From the NCBI RefSeq assembly GCF_006345805.1, contig NC_042998.1:81282001-81346000 (forward strand): a DNA stretch of 64,000 nt, given 5' to 3'. The notes under the pieces are model-generated. The model was not told the origin of the DNA, searched no databases, and was given only the letters and a program-made list of their open reading frames with translations. Position numbers and translations under genes: made by a program. Source of the stretch: Octopus sinensis (lineage: Eukaryota). Numbering within the stretch: position 1 is the stretch's first letter; every line of letters starts with the position of its first letter. Shown here piece after piece: positions 25,476-38,517 of the stretch.

Positions 25476-26200
25476 AATATACCTCAACTTTAGAATAAAA
25501 GAAATACACAAACACAAATATTACATTCCAAAGAATCATTACTAATCAGCCCAATCACAGCTAAATCCATAACATGCCATCTTCAAGTCATACAACACCT
25601 CACTACTTTCACCCATCATATTCTCCCTTCTCTTTTTCTTCTTTCCCTCTTCTTCTTCATCATCATCATTATCATCATCATCATTTAATCATCATCGTCA
25701 TCATCATCACCCACCATCATCATCATCAATTTCTTCTTTCCTTCTCCTTCTTCTTCTTCTTCTTCTTCATCATCATCATCATCATATCAACATCGTCTTC
25801 TTCTTCTTCTTTCTTTTCTTCTTTCTCTTCTTCTTCTCTTCCGCTCACCTTCTACCTCTTAACTTTCTCACTAATGCTTTTTAGTAAAACACCTACGCAA
25901 ATTCCATAAACAAATCTCTCAATAGAAATATTCTCCTGAATTGAACTGCAATGCTAGCGGTCACTGACCATTTCAAAAACAACAATCAGGCACTCCCAAA
26001 TTTTCCACCCCTCTCCTCTTCAGCCTTCTTCTTCTTCTACCCTACAAAGGATTCACAACGACCTCGAACACAAAAGTGCAAACAAGGGAGTCAGAGAAAG
26101 GCAGAATGCCACTTATATTTGAACACTACTATACAAATATTCCTTTAAAAAAACTTTTCTTCTAATTTTTCTAAATTTAATTATTTAATCGTTACAGTTA

Positions 26201-26239
26201 CAGTTCGAAAAGGTCTCAAAATGACCGAAACCGGTACTG
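26201..26239 (+). ncRNA. Minimal type I hammerhead-ribozyme-like motif, U3-A8 variant
   Basis: CAG-TT(C)GAAAA-GGTC-tcaaaat-GACC-GAAA-CCGG-TA-CTG; inverted copy at 23127-23162; each copy has one indel in the core. Confidence 0.55.
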
Positions 26240-26354
26240 AAATGTTCTTTATAATTATTTTAGCATTTTCTATTTTGACTTGTTTTTTCATATATATCAA
26301 CTCGTGTGTTCCTTTTCACCCTTATACACACACACACACATATATATATTATAT

Positions 26355-26394
<40 letters not shown>

Positions 26395-26518
26395 TATATA
26401 ATTTCAACAATTGAGGGTAAAACTAATATTAATTATTAATCAATTTCACCAAGTATTCATATAATATATATATTATATATATATATTATATAATTAGTAT
26501 ACATTTGTATATATAATG

Positions 26519-26568
<50 letters not shown>

Positions 26569-26822
26569 ATGCGTATATATGTACATATATATATTTAATC
26601 CGTATATATTATATATATATATATATATATAATGTGTGCATTATGTGGTCGGTTGAAAATATGCACACTTATGCTAAAAGTGCTGGCGAGTTTGCATGGC
26701 AACTATTTTATTTCCCCAAATAAAAGGTGTGACCTCTAGGACAAAATTCCTCATCTTATAAAATGTGGCCAGAATAGACCCGAATGAAACCGGATTATAT
26801 TAACAAAAATGTGGAAGCGGAT

Positions 26823-27072
26823 GTTTAGGAATTCTCTGTTACATCACGCTAAAAAAATTGCGCCAGCCTTTAAATCTTCAATGTGTTGCCGTCCATCATG
26901 AAGAAGTTTTGAATGCTTGGCATGGTGAGTCTACTGTCTTGAGAAAGAATCACTTCAGAACTTGGTGTTTAGGAACTTTCTTTTACATCAAGTTCAAAAT
27001 TTTACGCCAGCCGTTAAACTGCCACTACGTTGCTGTCCGTCGTTAAGAAATGCTAGCCATGGTGAATCTACT
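26823..27072. repeat. Diverged ~145-bp tandem duplication
   Basis: GTTTAGGAA..TTACATCA..CGCCAGCC.TTAAA..GTTGC.GTCC..CATGGTGA.TCTACT occurs at 26823-26937 and 26968-27072. Confidence 0.7.
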
Positions 27073-27183
27073 ATCTACTATCAGTGGTATTGACTACCTC
27101 TTCTCATATAGCTATTGGCCATGTGCCAAAATTAGACACTATTCTTCTTCTTCTTCTTCTTCTTCTTCTTCTTCTTCTTCTTC

Positions 27184-27262
<79 letters not shown>

Positions 27263-27324
27263 TTTAATTTTTATTATTATTATTATTATATTATTATTAT
27301 TATTATTATTATCATTCAGTATTT

Positions 27325-27497
27325 ATTTTTATAACGTGCTTTCACTTTACTACCGAGCGCAGTTCTGTGTGCCTTGGGTATGTGCTGTGATTTGTTGTGA
27401 TGCTCTGATGGTTACTGTATTGAAAGTGTTCTGCGTAGGATGTGTGCAGTGCCTAGTAGTGCAATTTTCTGTACGTTATATGTGTTTGTTGTGTGTG

Positions 27498-27500
<3 letters not shown>
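27325..27500 (-). mobile_element. 3' end of an R4/Dong-type RLE LINE inside a (TAA)n array
   Basis: Minus translation YNVQKIALLGTAHILRRTLSIQ*, then short 3' UTR and (TAA)n. Confidence 0.85.
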
Positions 27501-27583
<83 letters not shown>

Positions 27584-27608
27584 ATTATTATTATTATTAT
27601 TATTATTA

Positions 27609-27826
27609 AGGCGGTGAGCAGGCAGTATCTTTAGCACGCCGGGTGAAATACTTAGCGGTGTTTCGTCTGTCTTTACGTTTTGAATACAAATTCCACTGAC
27701 GTCGACTTTGCCTTTCATCCTTTCAGGGTCAATAAATTAAGTACCAGTTCCGTCTGGGGTCGATATAATCGACTGGCCCATCCCCCAAACTTTTGGCCCT
27801 TGTGCCTAGAGTGGAAAAGAATTTAG
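27609..27826 (+). mobile_element. Family A SINE
   Basis: GGCGGTGAGCAGGCAG..TTAGCACGCCGGGTGAAATACTTAGC..GTCGACTTTGCCTTTCATCC. Confidence 0.9.
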
Positions 27827-28511
27827 TTGTTGCTGTCGTAAATACGTAAAACGGAATTTTAAAGCTAAGTTGATAATTGAATTCACATGAAAATGCTTTT
27901 AGAGGGGTGGAGTTCATTTTGGTAATTGAATTTTAGATTTGCGATTTGCAGATCGTTCATAGGTATGTTTGGGCACATCTTAAAGATCTGGTGTGTTTGA
28001 AACCTTGATCGAGAAACTTCAACTCAGCGCTAAATACGTCCATTCGGCATTGATGAAGGGTACAGATCTTGGCATTTAGTAACTACGTAGTTGTCTGTGA
28101 CGATAGATTCCCTTTTGATAATTTGCGTACAGCTATATATAACAACTATGTTGTATAGCAGTTGTAAATTCGTTTGCACAAACATTAGGCACATGGCAGC
28201 TGAAATCATTTTGCAGTTTGGAGTGGATTTTGTGTGCAATAACATTAAGGTCGCTAGAGAGATGAGTTTCTATTAAAACTTATCTTTCGGTTTGTGCGAG
28301 TAAACAGCGTATGTAATGTTACCGATGAAAAAAAAATGATTTCAAAATTACATTTAGATTGCTTTAGTCAATGTTAGAAGTGTAGATAAGGGCCATAGAG
28401 TTATTTCACTTATATATATTTTACTTACTTTTTCGCACATAGATTGCAAATAGTGTTTGTCTTATTATTTGTGTTTTGCCTGCAAATAACAACACGCACA
28501 CATATGTTGAT

Positions 28512-28563
<52 letters not shown>

Positions 28564-30119
28564 TACACGCACACGCACACTCACACATACACGCACATAC
28601 ACACATACACACGCACACACAAATATATATATACACATATATACACACATATATATCGATACTACACACATACATACTTATATATGTGCGAGTATATATG
28701 TTTTATATACATATTCACCAGAAGCGATAAATTACTAACGTACTATATGTAATGGTTATTTACTGAAATCTGTTTACAAGATAAACTGCCATATTGCATG
28801 TTAGTAGTTGGCTAGGCTATGGGTACATTATAACTCTGGGTTCTACTTCCGAGACCTCAAATCAATTATCTGGGACACTATTAGCAAGGCAATATGCGAC
28901 ATTACTAACGAATGGTTGGAAAAATAATATTTAGCTTCGGTACCACATACATAGTTTTCCGCTAAATTGATGATTAAGTAAATTATTGCATTTCATATTA
29001 TATCATTAATGATCATGTTTGCTTCTATTTTCATGATTATGTTTTGAAAATTAATTAATTTGTTAACAGCAAATATTAAAAAAAAGCAAATATTCACTGA
29101 TAGGAGGCGCACACACATACACATAGGTACACACAAAAACACAGAGATGCATACACAAAATAACATAGTTAATTCTTTGACAGTTAAACCTCATTAAATA
29201 AGTTTGTTACTAAAGGACAGTACAGATTAGTTTCTATGCGTTATAATTAAGATATAAAATTTTATTAAATAGAATATTAACCTCTTACGGCAGTATTTAT
29301 TAATAGGGAAAGTTGTATTTTTGAGCATTCGACACCAAACCCTGTAATTCATTAACACTTTTGCATTCTTATCAAAATACACTTTATCGGCGTTAACACG
29401 AGTGAATCACTATCCAAATTGTCTATGTATGTATGTATGTATGTATGTATGTATGTATGTATGTATGTATGTATGTGTGTATGTATGTATGTATGTATGT
29501 ATGTATGTATGGATGGATGTATGTATGTATCTCTCTCTCTCTCTCTCTCTCTTATATATATTATATATATCTATATAGATATTATAATATTATATATATA
29601 TATATGCATATATACATACGTATATATGCATACTTACATCTATAGGAGTATATATATATAATATATATATCTGCATATGTGGGCACAGGACGTCATGAAA
29701 CTTGTACAACAAAAAATACGAAGCACGAGTGCATGGAATATGAAATATTTTTCTCGAACAACGAAAAACACAAATGGAAAATACGACAAACACCATAAAG
29801 AACGACCCTTCATCAGTTGTTGGCTGTTTTTCTACTGTTTTTTGTTTGCATGTATGTATCTATGTATGGACGTATATGTGCAGATTTGTATGTTTTGCGT
29901 TATGTATGTATTCTCATGTATGTAGTTGCATATCTATATATGTATGTATATGTGTGTGTGTATGTATGTATGTGTGTATGTATGTATGTATGTATGTATG
30001 TATGTATGTATGTATGTATGTATGTATGTTTGTATGCATGCATGTGCGCAGATTCGTATATTTTGTATTATGTATGTAGCCTCATGTATATAGTTGCATA
30101 TCCAGACATGCTGATATAC

Positions 30120-30970
30120 ACTTAGATGATGAACGTCTGTAAAGTTTGACAGATTTTTACAGTTCCGTTGATGGATTGGATCTGCAGTCTTCGAATAAGT
30201 TTTCTGTGATTTGTTTTGGTGGGGGGAAGCTTAATTTCTCAAGATTGATATTTAGGGAGTGTCTTACATATCCCAGTGCTCCAATAATTACAGGTATAAA
30301 CATGAACTTGCAATCTGGATAGAGTAACTATAGACTTCTCAATGGTTCGGCGTAGATATTGTCTCTTTCACTGATCTTTAACTTTATGTTAACGTCCACT
30401 GGGCTGCTAATTGCCACAACTCTACACAGTTTCTATACTGCATCCAAAATCATTAAGTCAGGTCTGTTGTGTTTACATTTTATTGAGGTCTACATTGGAA
30501 CATTCCATCAGTACTCCTTTTTTATTATGAGTGGCTATGGCTTCTACCATATTGTGGGTTCTTATTTCTTTGTCCTCGGGGATATACTTCTGACGGAACT
30601 CGTTATACAGTGTCCTAGCTACAACATTAGGTCTTATCGGTAGATAATAGCGTGATGACATTTTCCGATAACTGTTTATAATGTGGGCGATATCTTCGGT
30701 GTTTACTCCACAAAGTCTGCATCGGTTGTCACATTTTGCTGCTTTTCCTGCATCTCTGTCCCTTTTGTGTATCAGGTATAGGTTGATATTTCATGTTCCT
30801 GGATTGTAAACATACACCCTTCAAAGTGGAAAGTAATAATCCAGTTTTTGGTCCATAATAGACTGGTTTGATGATCAATGTTACTGTCATCTCGGCGATT
30901 TTTATTTGCATATCCAAGCATGGTCTTCTGATATACGTTCATCCTTTCATCCAATGATACGCTGCGGTAG
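30120..30970 (-). pseudogene. RLE-type (R4/Dong-like) LINE C-terminal remnant, copy 1
   Basis: FEGCMFTIQEHEIS, CRLCGVNTEDIAHI..MSSRYYLPIR, HNRPD, IIGALGYV, ..QIQSINGTVKIC; flanked by (TATG)n. Confidence 0.85.
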
Positions 30971-31089
30971 AGTATGTATGTATGTATGTATGTATGTATG
31001 TATGTATGTATGTATGTATGTATGTATGTATGTATGTATGTATGTATGTATGTATGTATGTGCAGATTTGTAGGTTTTATGTATGTATT

Positions 31090-32210
31090 TGCATGCATAT
31101 AATTGCATGTCTAGTAATGCTCATACAAATTTAAATGATAGACTTCAGGAAAGTTTTACAGATTTTTAGAGTTCCAGTGGTGGATTAGATCTGTTGTCCA
31201 TGAATTAGCTTTCTCCTTTCTGGTTTTAAGAAGCCTAATTTCTCAAGATTGGTATTTAGGCATTGTGTTACATATCCCAGGGTTCCAATAATTAAAGGCA
31301 TAAATCTGAACTTGTAATCTGGATAGAACAACTGCAGATTTCTCAATGGTTCAGCATAGGTGTTCTCTTTTTCACTTCAGCTTTATGTTAGCATCCACCG
31401 GACAGCTTATTTCCACAACTCTACCCGAAATCCTTATATCAGGTCTATTGTGCTTACATTTTATTGAGGTCTTCACTGATACATTCCACCAGTATTCCTT
31501 TATATTATGAATGACTATGGCTTCTACCATATGGTAGGTTTTTATTTCTTTGTCCTCGGAATTATCCTACCGATGGGTTTCATTAGAGAGTGTTCTATCT
31601 ACAACGTCATGATGTGGGTGATATCTTCAGTGTGAACGCCACAAAGTCTGCATCGGTTGTTACATTGTACGGCTTTTCTTGCATCTCCATTCCTTTTGTG
31701 CATCAGGTACTTGGTTGATATTTCCTGTTCGTAGATTCGAAACGCATACCCTTCAAAGTGGGAGGTAGTATTCTGGCTATTCGTCCATGATAAACTGCTT
31801 TGATGATCGATGTTACTATCATCACAGAACTTTCTACTAACATATTCATGCATAGTTTCTGCTCATATAGGCTCTTCCTTTCATCTGATGATACGTTGCG
31901 GCAGATTCGTGCGACCTCTTTGGACATGTATTCTAGGTTATCAGTCAAAGAATGTTGCTCAAGGAGCTGCCTTTCGAGTCTTAGAATCCTGTAACATTCC
32001 TTGTCAGATACAGGAGAAACAGTCAAATCATAGATGGAACTGTTACTAGTCTGGTTTATAGTTTCCCCACTTTTCACAACCATATAACAACATTTATCCT
32101 GACAAAACTCGAACCCTACATCATTTGAGAATGTTGTAATTAGGAATGGCTCATTTTCATCCACAGCATATTCAATGCATAAAGTTTTAAGTCATCCACA
32201 AAGACGCAGT
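31090..32210 (-). pseudogene. RLE-type LINE remnant, copy 2, internally deleted (RT tail joined to zinc knuckle/RLE)
   Basis: FSNDVGFEFCQDKC (RT), FEGYAFRIYEQEISTKYL, CRLCGVHTEDITHI, KCKHNRPDI..VEISCPVDANI..KENTY..IIGTLGYV. Confidence 0.85.
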
Positions 32211-32300
32211 GTGTGATTTTGGTATTATTGTTTCCTTGTGAACGAGTGAGATATCCTACATACTTCCTTAACATGAATGACAAAGGATTTACAAAATGTA

Positions 32301-32410
32301 TAATAATAAATCAAAAACATAAGAATAAACAAACTTTTGACGGTTTTATAGATATTTCAAAATTATGATGCTATGATGTTAGGTGTTTTCATTTTTTTGT
32401 CCAACCGCTG
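32301..32410 (-). mobile_element. Inverted copy of the left end of the Tc1 element at 32937
   Basis: Reverse complement matches 32937-33050 (CAG(C/G)GGTTGGACAAAAAAATG..AAATATCTATAAAACCGTCAAAA); TA at 32411. Confidence 0.9.
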
Positions 32411-32424
32411 TATATGTGTGTGTA

Positions 32425-32466
<42 letters not shown>

Positions 32467-32936
32467 CACGCACAAAGCACACACCTACGTTTACAAAATG
32501 TATAAACAACATCACAGAGAGGCTGACTACTTCGGATATGCTTTTGCGATATTGTATGTATGTATGTATGTATGTATGTATGTATGTATGTATGTATGTA
32601 TGTATGTATGTATGTATGTATGCATGTATGTATGTTTCTGATTACATACACCCGTTCAGTGTTAACTGCTGGGGAGAAGTACTCACTACCATAGAAGCGA
32701 ATAGTAAAATATTTCATTAGGTGCACAGGACATTCAGGCAATTAGAGAGTGGTAATTAAAGGGGTTTGCACGTGCGCACACACACACATATCCACACACA
32801 CACGTACACACACATGCACATACACAAACAAACACGCCCACACACGCGCAAGCATATATTAAATATGTGTATATGTGTGTGTGTGTGCGTACACGTAGGT
32901 GTGTGCCTTGTGTGTGCATACATACACACACATATA

Positions 32937-34115
32937 CAGGGGTTGGACAAAAAAATGAATGCATCTAGCATCATAGCATCATAATTTTGAAATATCTATA
33001 AAACCGTCAAAAATTTGTTTATTCTTATGTTTTTGATTTATTATTAGTGCTGCTCAATATGTTTTGCTAAAATTGCAATTTCTTTTCAGATATCATCAGA
33101 AAATGATAATTAAAATGCATTAAAATGGCAGATCTATCGTTCTTTCAAAGAGGGAAAATTGTTGGTGCTCGTATGGCAGGTGCTGGCGTAACGAAAACAG
33201 CCGAAATGTTTGGTGTATGAAGAAGTACTGTCTCGAAAATAATGACAACCTTTGAGAAAAAACCTCCTCGTCGAAACAAAACTCCTGAAGAAAACCAAAA
33301 CTTGCAGATAGGGACTGTTGGACTCTTATACGAATTGTTAGAAAGGATCACAAAAGTACAGCTCCCAAAATTACTGCAGAGCTTAATGACCACAAAAACT
33401 GTTCGCCGGGAGCTGTACAAAGCCGGATTTCACGGGAAATCAGAAAATCACTACTTTCAAAAACAAACGTTGCAAAGCTTTTAAAGTGGAGTAAAAGCCT
33501 ATAGAATTGGTCCCTAGAGCAATGGAAGAATGTTATTTTCTTGGACGTGTCATCCTTTACCTTATTTCCGACCACCGGCTGAGTATACGTGTGGATACAG
33601 CCAAAAGAAGCATTTTACCCAAACTGCCTTCTTCCAACTGTTAACCATGGAAGAGGATCTGTGATGATCTGGAGGACTATATTTTGGAAATCTGCCGGCT
33701 CAATGGTTTCCCTTCATGGCAGAATTAATAAAGACTATTTAAGCATTTTATCTGATGAAACTCATCCTATGGTTGCGGAACTATTTCCGGAGGGAAACAC
33801 AATCTTTCAGGATGATAATCCACCAATTCACAACGGCACGAATAATATTCCAGTGAAGTTGAACATCTTATCTGGTCACCACAGTCCCCCAGATCTCATT
33901 ATTATTAAACACTTATGGTACATTTTAGAAACACAAGTAAGGAGTCGATATCCTCCAACAACATCACTACATTTCCTTTGGAAACAATCCAAACGTTGTA
34001 CGAGTCCATACCTCGTAGAATTCAGACTGTAATGCTGCCAAAGTCAGTCCTACTCCATATGAAAATACATTTCTTTGAAATTTTAAGATGTTTCCATTAT
34101 TTTGTCCAACCCCTG
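32937..34115 (+). mobile_element. Full-length decayed Tc1 (DD34E) transposon
   Basis: TIR CAGGGGTTGGACAAAA(A/T)AATG at both ends with TA flanks; transposase pieces MADLSFFQRGKIVGARMAG, FLDVSSF, TVNHGRGSVMIW, FQDDNPPIH, SPDLIIIKHLW. Confidence 0.95.
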
Positions 34116-34308
34116 TATGTATATATATACAAACACACAAATCTAATAAGAAACTTTAATCTGTACACGTTTTTGAATGTTGTCGTCGGTCTTTTTTCTT
34201 CGTAGTTTTAGTTACTTGCTTTCATATCCCGCCAAGTATTGTTCGCTGGCTTCATTTGAAATTCAAATATTCTCTGTATTATATGTATAATTTATAGTAA
34301 TACCAACG

Positions 34309-34356
<48 letters not shown>

Positions 34357-34940
34357 TTCAAGAATGCACATTCTGTCTGTACATGAAACTAAGTGAAAGA
34401 GAAATCATTGCGAGAGACTACTTAAAAACAAGACGGAGTGGGTAATAACCATACATCTCCAACAATCACATACTGGAAGATTTAAAGTAAAATTATCAGT
34501 TAATACTTATCATCAGAATTCTTGTTTTGTCCATAGTTAGCTAGAAGTCACTTTATCATATTTACACAAAGGTGGGCAACTTGGCCAAATCCACAGTAGA
34601 GGGATAGCTACAGGATATGTAATCAAGTCCCTCCAGACAACAGTTATATATCCAGACGACTTAGTAAATATCTTCTCTTTGTGTAATTTATTAGAAAATG
34701 CTATTTGTGATATTCATTTATTTCCTGAGAGACATACGATTGTAATTGAATTGAATATTATTAAAAGGAAGCCGAAATTACAGCAAGACACTTGAGTCCA
34801 CCTCCTGCCGTGCCTTGTGTTGCTGATGTATATATATAAGATTAGAAAATTAACTATTGTTGATCTTGGTAAAAACTATCTCCAGTCTGCTTTGAATAAT
34901 CAAATACATATACAAATAAAGTGAAGAACACTCCGTATAA

Positions 34941-34986
<46 letters not shown>

Positions 34987-35017
34987 ATGAGCGTGCGTGC
35001 GTGCGTGAGTGTGCGTA

Positions 35018-35060
<43 letters not shown>

Positions 35061-35089
35061 CTCTCTATATATATATAAATATATACATA

Positions 35090-36708
35090 CACTACTATGC
35101 AAAGGTTTAAAATTACCTAAGCTTATTTTGACAAAACAACTACAAAATGGAAATAACAGAGATTCTGGTGAAATATTTTATTAATGTATAGTTACATTCA
35201 TTGGAAGACATAATTAGCTCTGCAACTAAACAAAACTGGGAAAAATGAGAGAATATCTCTAAATTTCGGGCTCATCGAAATATCCGCCACTGGCGTTGAT
35301 CAATGTAGGACATACTCTAGACATTCTTCCCTCCAATGAACGCAAATATTAGCTGGTAATAATTTACCACTCTTGTAAGTGTGCAGAGGGTTTCTGCATT
35401 ACTTGATTGTCGCTTTTTGACTCTGTGATCCAATTCATCTTACATAATTTTTACAGGATTGCAGTCGGTGGAGTTGGGCTCGGCCATTCCATTACAGTCG
35501 ACTACTTTCCATCAATTTCCTTCTCGAAGTAATTTTTGCATAGCTTAGAAGTATGATTAGGATCGTTATCTTGAATAAGCACGAAATCATCACCGATCAA
35601 CCTCGTCCCAAATGGAATGACATGAAACTGGAGGATAGAGTGATACCGGTTTTGGTTCAATATTCCTGTTACCCGAGTTAACCGACGAATATCCCCAAAA
35701 CTATTGCCTGCAAAACACCTCCAGATCATCATACTTCACTCACCATGCTTTATACTTGGTCCTATACACTCACGAGTCATCCATTCCTCAATTCCTCTCC
35801 TTATATAAAGCTTTGATTCATCAGACCAGAGGAATCATTTGCATTGATCAACGGTCCAAGTTTATTGTTTTCTGGCCCATATAAGTCGCTTATGTTTATT
35901 GACAGTTCAACGCACTCGTTTTCTGGCAGTGCAACGGCGATTTAGAGCAGCAGCAATGAGTCTTCTCCTCATGGTTGTACAAGATACGTTAGTTTCGTTG
36001 GCTTCACTTACATGTGCAGCAATTTCATTTGATGTTAGGGGCCTGTTTCGAAGACTGGTGACTCTGACGAACTTATCCTGTGATTTAGAATTTACTTTTG
36101 GACGACCTGACTGAGTTCTGTCGTTATTTGTCCTGTTTTGTTATACCTTACAATGGTGGAGCAGACGGTAGTATTGGAAACTCAAACATTTTGCTTGCTA
36201 TATCTCGAAAACTATAGCTTTGATTAAGTAATGCGATAATGCCTTGTCTCTTTTCGGGTGATAAATTACTGGTTTTGCCCATATTTAGGTTGAATTTTAG
36301 GAATTTCAATATAATTATTCTTAATTTTAATAATTGAACATGAAAGGAACCATAACACATTTAATGCAGTCATTAAGTAGTGTTATCTCAACCGACAGCA
36401 TATGAGGAATGGAAATAATCAAAAGGTATTGCAATGTTGCCAATAAGTTGATGCTAAAATGATTTTGACAACATTCCCAGATACGCTTGCCATCAATAAA
36501 TATGATTATTTGAGTATACGATATATATAAATAGTATTATTTGCATATAAATATGTATAAATAGTATTATTCCATGTCGGATAAACCCCAAACTTTATAC
36601 AATATATTATTCCATATTTTTATACCAATCTAAATCAATGACTCTGAACTAAAAATTCCAATGTGATACAAACTTTTGTAAGTGATCTTAAAATTTTGGA
36701 TAGTGGTG
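35090..36708 (-). mobile_element. Second decayed Tc1 transposon (different family)
   Basis: Imperfect TIR CAC(T/C)ACTAT(G/C)CAAA..TTTAA.AT.AC.TA with TA flanks; MGKTSNLSPEKRQGIIAL (ATG at 36282), SGRPK, LWSDESK, LIQDNDPNHTS. Confidence 0.9.
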
Positions 36709-37368
36709 TATATATACACACACACACATACATACGCACACACACGCACACATACGCACACACACACTCACTCACACTCGTGTATATACTTTTGGATAGT
36801 AGTGTATATATATATATGGATTGTATATATATATATACATATATATATATATAATTCTCTCTCTCTCACACTCTCTCTCTTTATGTATATATTTTTATAT
36901 ATATATGTGGAGAGGTTGAATTATATGTCATCCTTTATTTTAGAGGGTTCCAAAGAGAGATTTCTAACAAAGATTCTTCATATTTTGCTGTTAGCTTACT
37001 GGCGTAAGGTTTTTGCGAATATGGAATTATTACATGTATATTGTGTTAAGTAAATTTATGGAAAAGTATCCCATGATGACTGAACAAGTATGTTAAAAAT
37101 GGAGACAAGAAAATGTTAAAATTTAAAAGAATGTTAATACATGCATCTGATCGTTTCAAACAGCAATATTAACATGTAAATAACATGGTAGACTTATTAA
37201 AATTAATTTGATTAAATTAAACTAATTACATATTGTTCTCCTCAGTGCATGTAGTATACAACAGGAATTATTACAGAAGGTTTGATGAAGGAAATAGAAG
37301 ATAACAAATTCGGATATAAATATTTTATGCTTGTGAAAAATCATAGCATACTAAAGAATGATGTTGAG

Positions 37369-37543
37369 TCTCTCTTTTACTTGTTTCAGTCATTTGACTG
37401 TGGCCATGCTGGAGCACCACCTTTTTAGTCGAGCAAATCGACCCCATGACTTATTCTTTGTAAGCCTAGTACTTATTCTATCGGTCTCTTTTGCCGAACC
37501 GCTAAGTTACAGGGATGTAAACACACCAGCATCGGTTATCCAG
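37369..37543 (-). mobile_element. 3' half of the bipartite SINE
   Basis: TCTTTTACTTGTTTCAGTCATTTGACTGTGGCCATGCTGGAGCACC..GCCGAACCGCTAAGTTAC. Confidence 0.9.
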
Positions 37544-37554
37544 CTGTAACTGAT

Positions 37555-38456
37555 TTTTAAGTTATGTCTATTAAATATTTAGTTAAAAACATTAGCAAAA
37601 TAATTTCTAGCCTCTCCTCCGATAGGGACATTTTTAATAGCGTTGCCCCAGTATATAATAAGGCTCTAAAAGATAGTGGATTTAGCGAGGAAATAATCTA
37701 TACACCTGCCACCAGTTCAATAATAAATAGGAAGAAACATAGGAATAGGTAAACTATCTGGTTCACCCCATCTATTCACCCGACGGGACTTTCAATATAG
37801 GCAAGTATTTCTTAGCACTGATAGATAAACAATTTCCAGTCAGCCATAGTTACAGAAAGCTCTTCAATAGACATAACTTAAAAATCAATTTCAGCTCAAC
37901 CATTAATTTTAAAAATATAATCGCACACAACACACAAAAACCACAATATGAAACCAGCTGTTCATGCAGGGATAAAAATGTGTGCCCGCTAAATGGAGCT
38001 TGCATGTTCGAGACCATCATCTACGAAGCTACCACTAAAGACACAGTTTCGACGAAGAAATACGTGGGCCTTACAGAGGGTAATTTCAAGGCCAGGTTCA
38101 ATAATCGCACCTTGAGCATCAGGCACTGGAATAAAAGGAAAACGACCAAATTATCCAGTCATATATGGTCCTTAAAAGATAAAGGTGTCAGTTACAACAT
38201 TCATTGGAAGATCTTAGCCAAGTGTAAGCCCTACACCAACGGCAGTCTTTGTGATATGGAAAGATGACTCATCTGGAAAAGCAGCTTAAACCCCGCCAAA
38301 TGTCTAAATTCAAGAACTAAACTTTTCAGAACATGTCCAGATGTGGCTAAATATTTGTTACGTTTTGGTCCCCCCCTACGCGAGATTGCAGATAGGACTT
38401 GCTTTCTATATTGTGTCCACGTACAAGCTTTTTATCTTTTTACATATATTTTTACA

Positions 38457-38517
<61 letters not shown>

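Larger units (their letters stand above)
23074..26291 (+). mobile_element. Penelope-like element (Neptune-type Cys linker), 5'-truncated, with an inverted copy of its 3' terminal repeat at the 5' junction
   Basis: 23074-23487 is the reverse complement of 25868-26291; RT and GIY-YIG motifs lie between them. Confidence 0.95.

Noticed and set aside
25574-25909. His/Ser/Phe-rich ORF
   Set aside because: (CAT)n/(CTT)n tract in the Penelope 3' UTR.
27952-28276. 11-nt micro-exon ATCGTTCATAG and hydrophobic ORFs on both strands
   Set aside because: Such splice-like sites are expected by chance in AT-rich DNA; no supporting homology.
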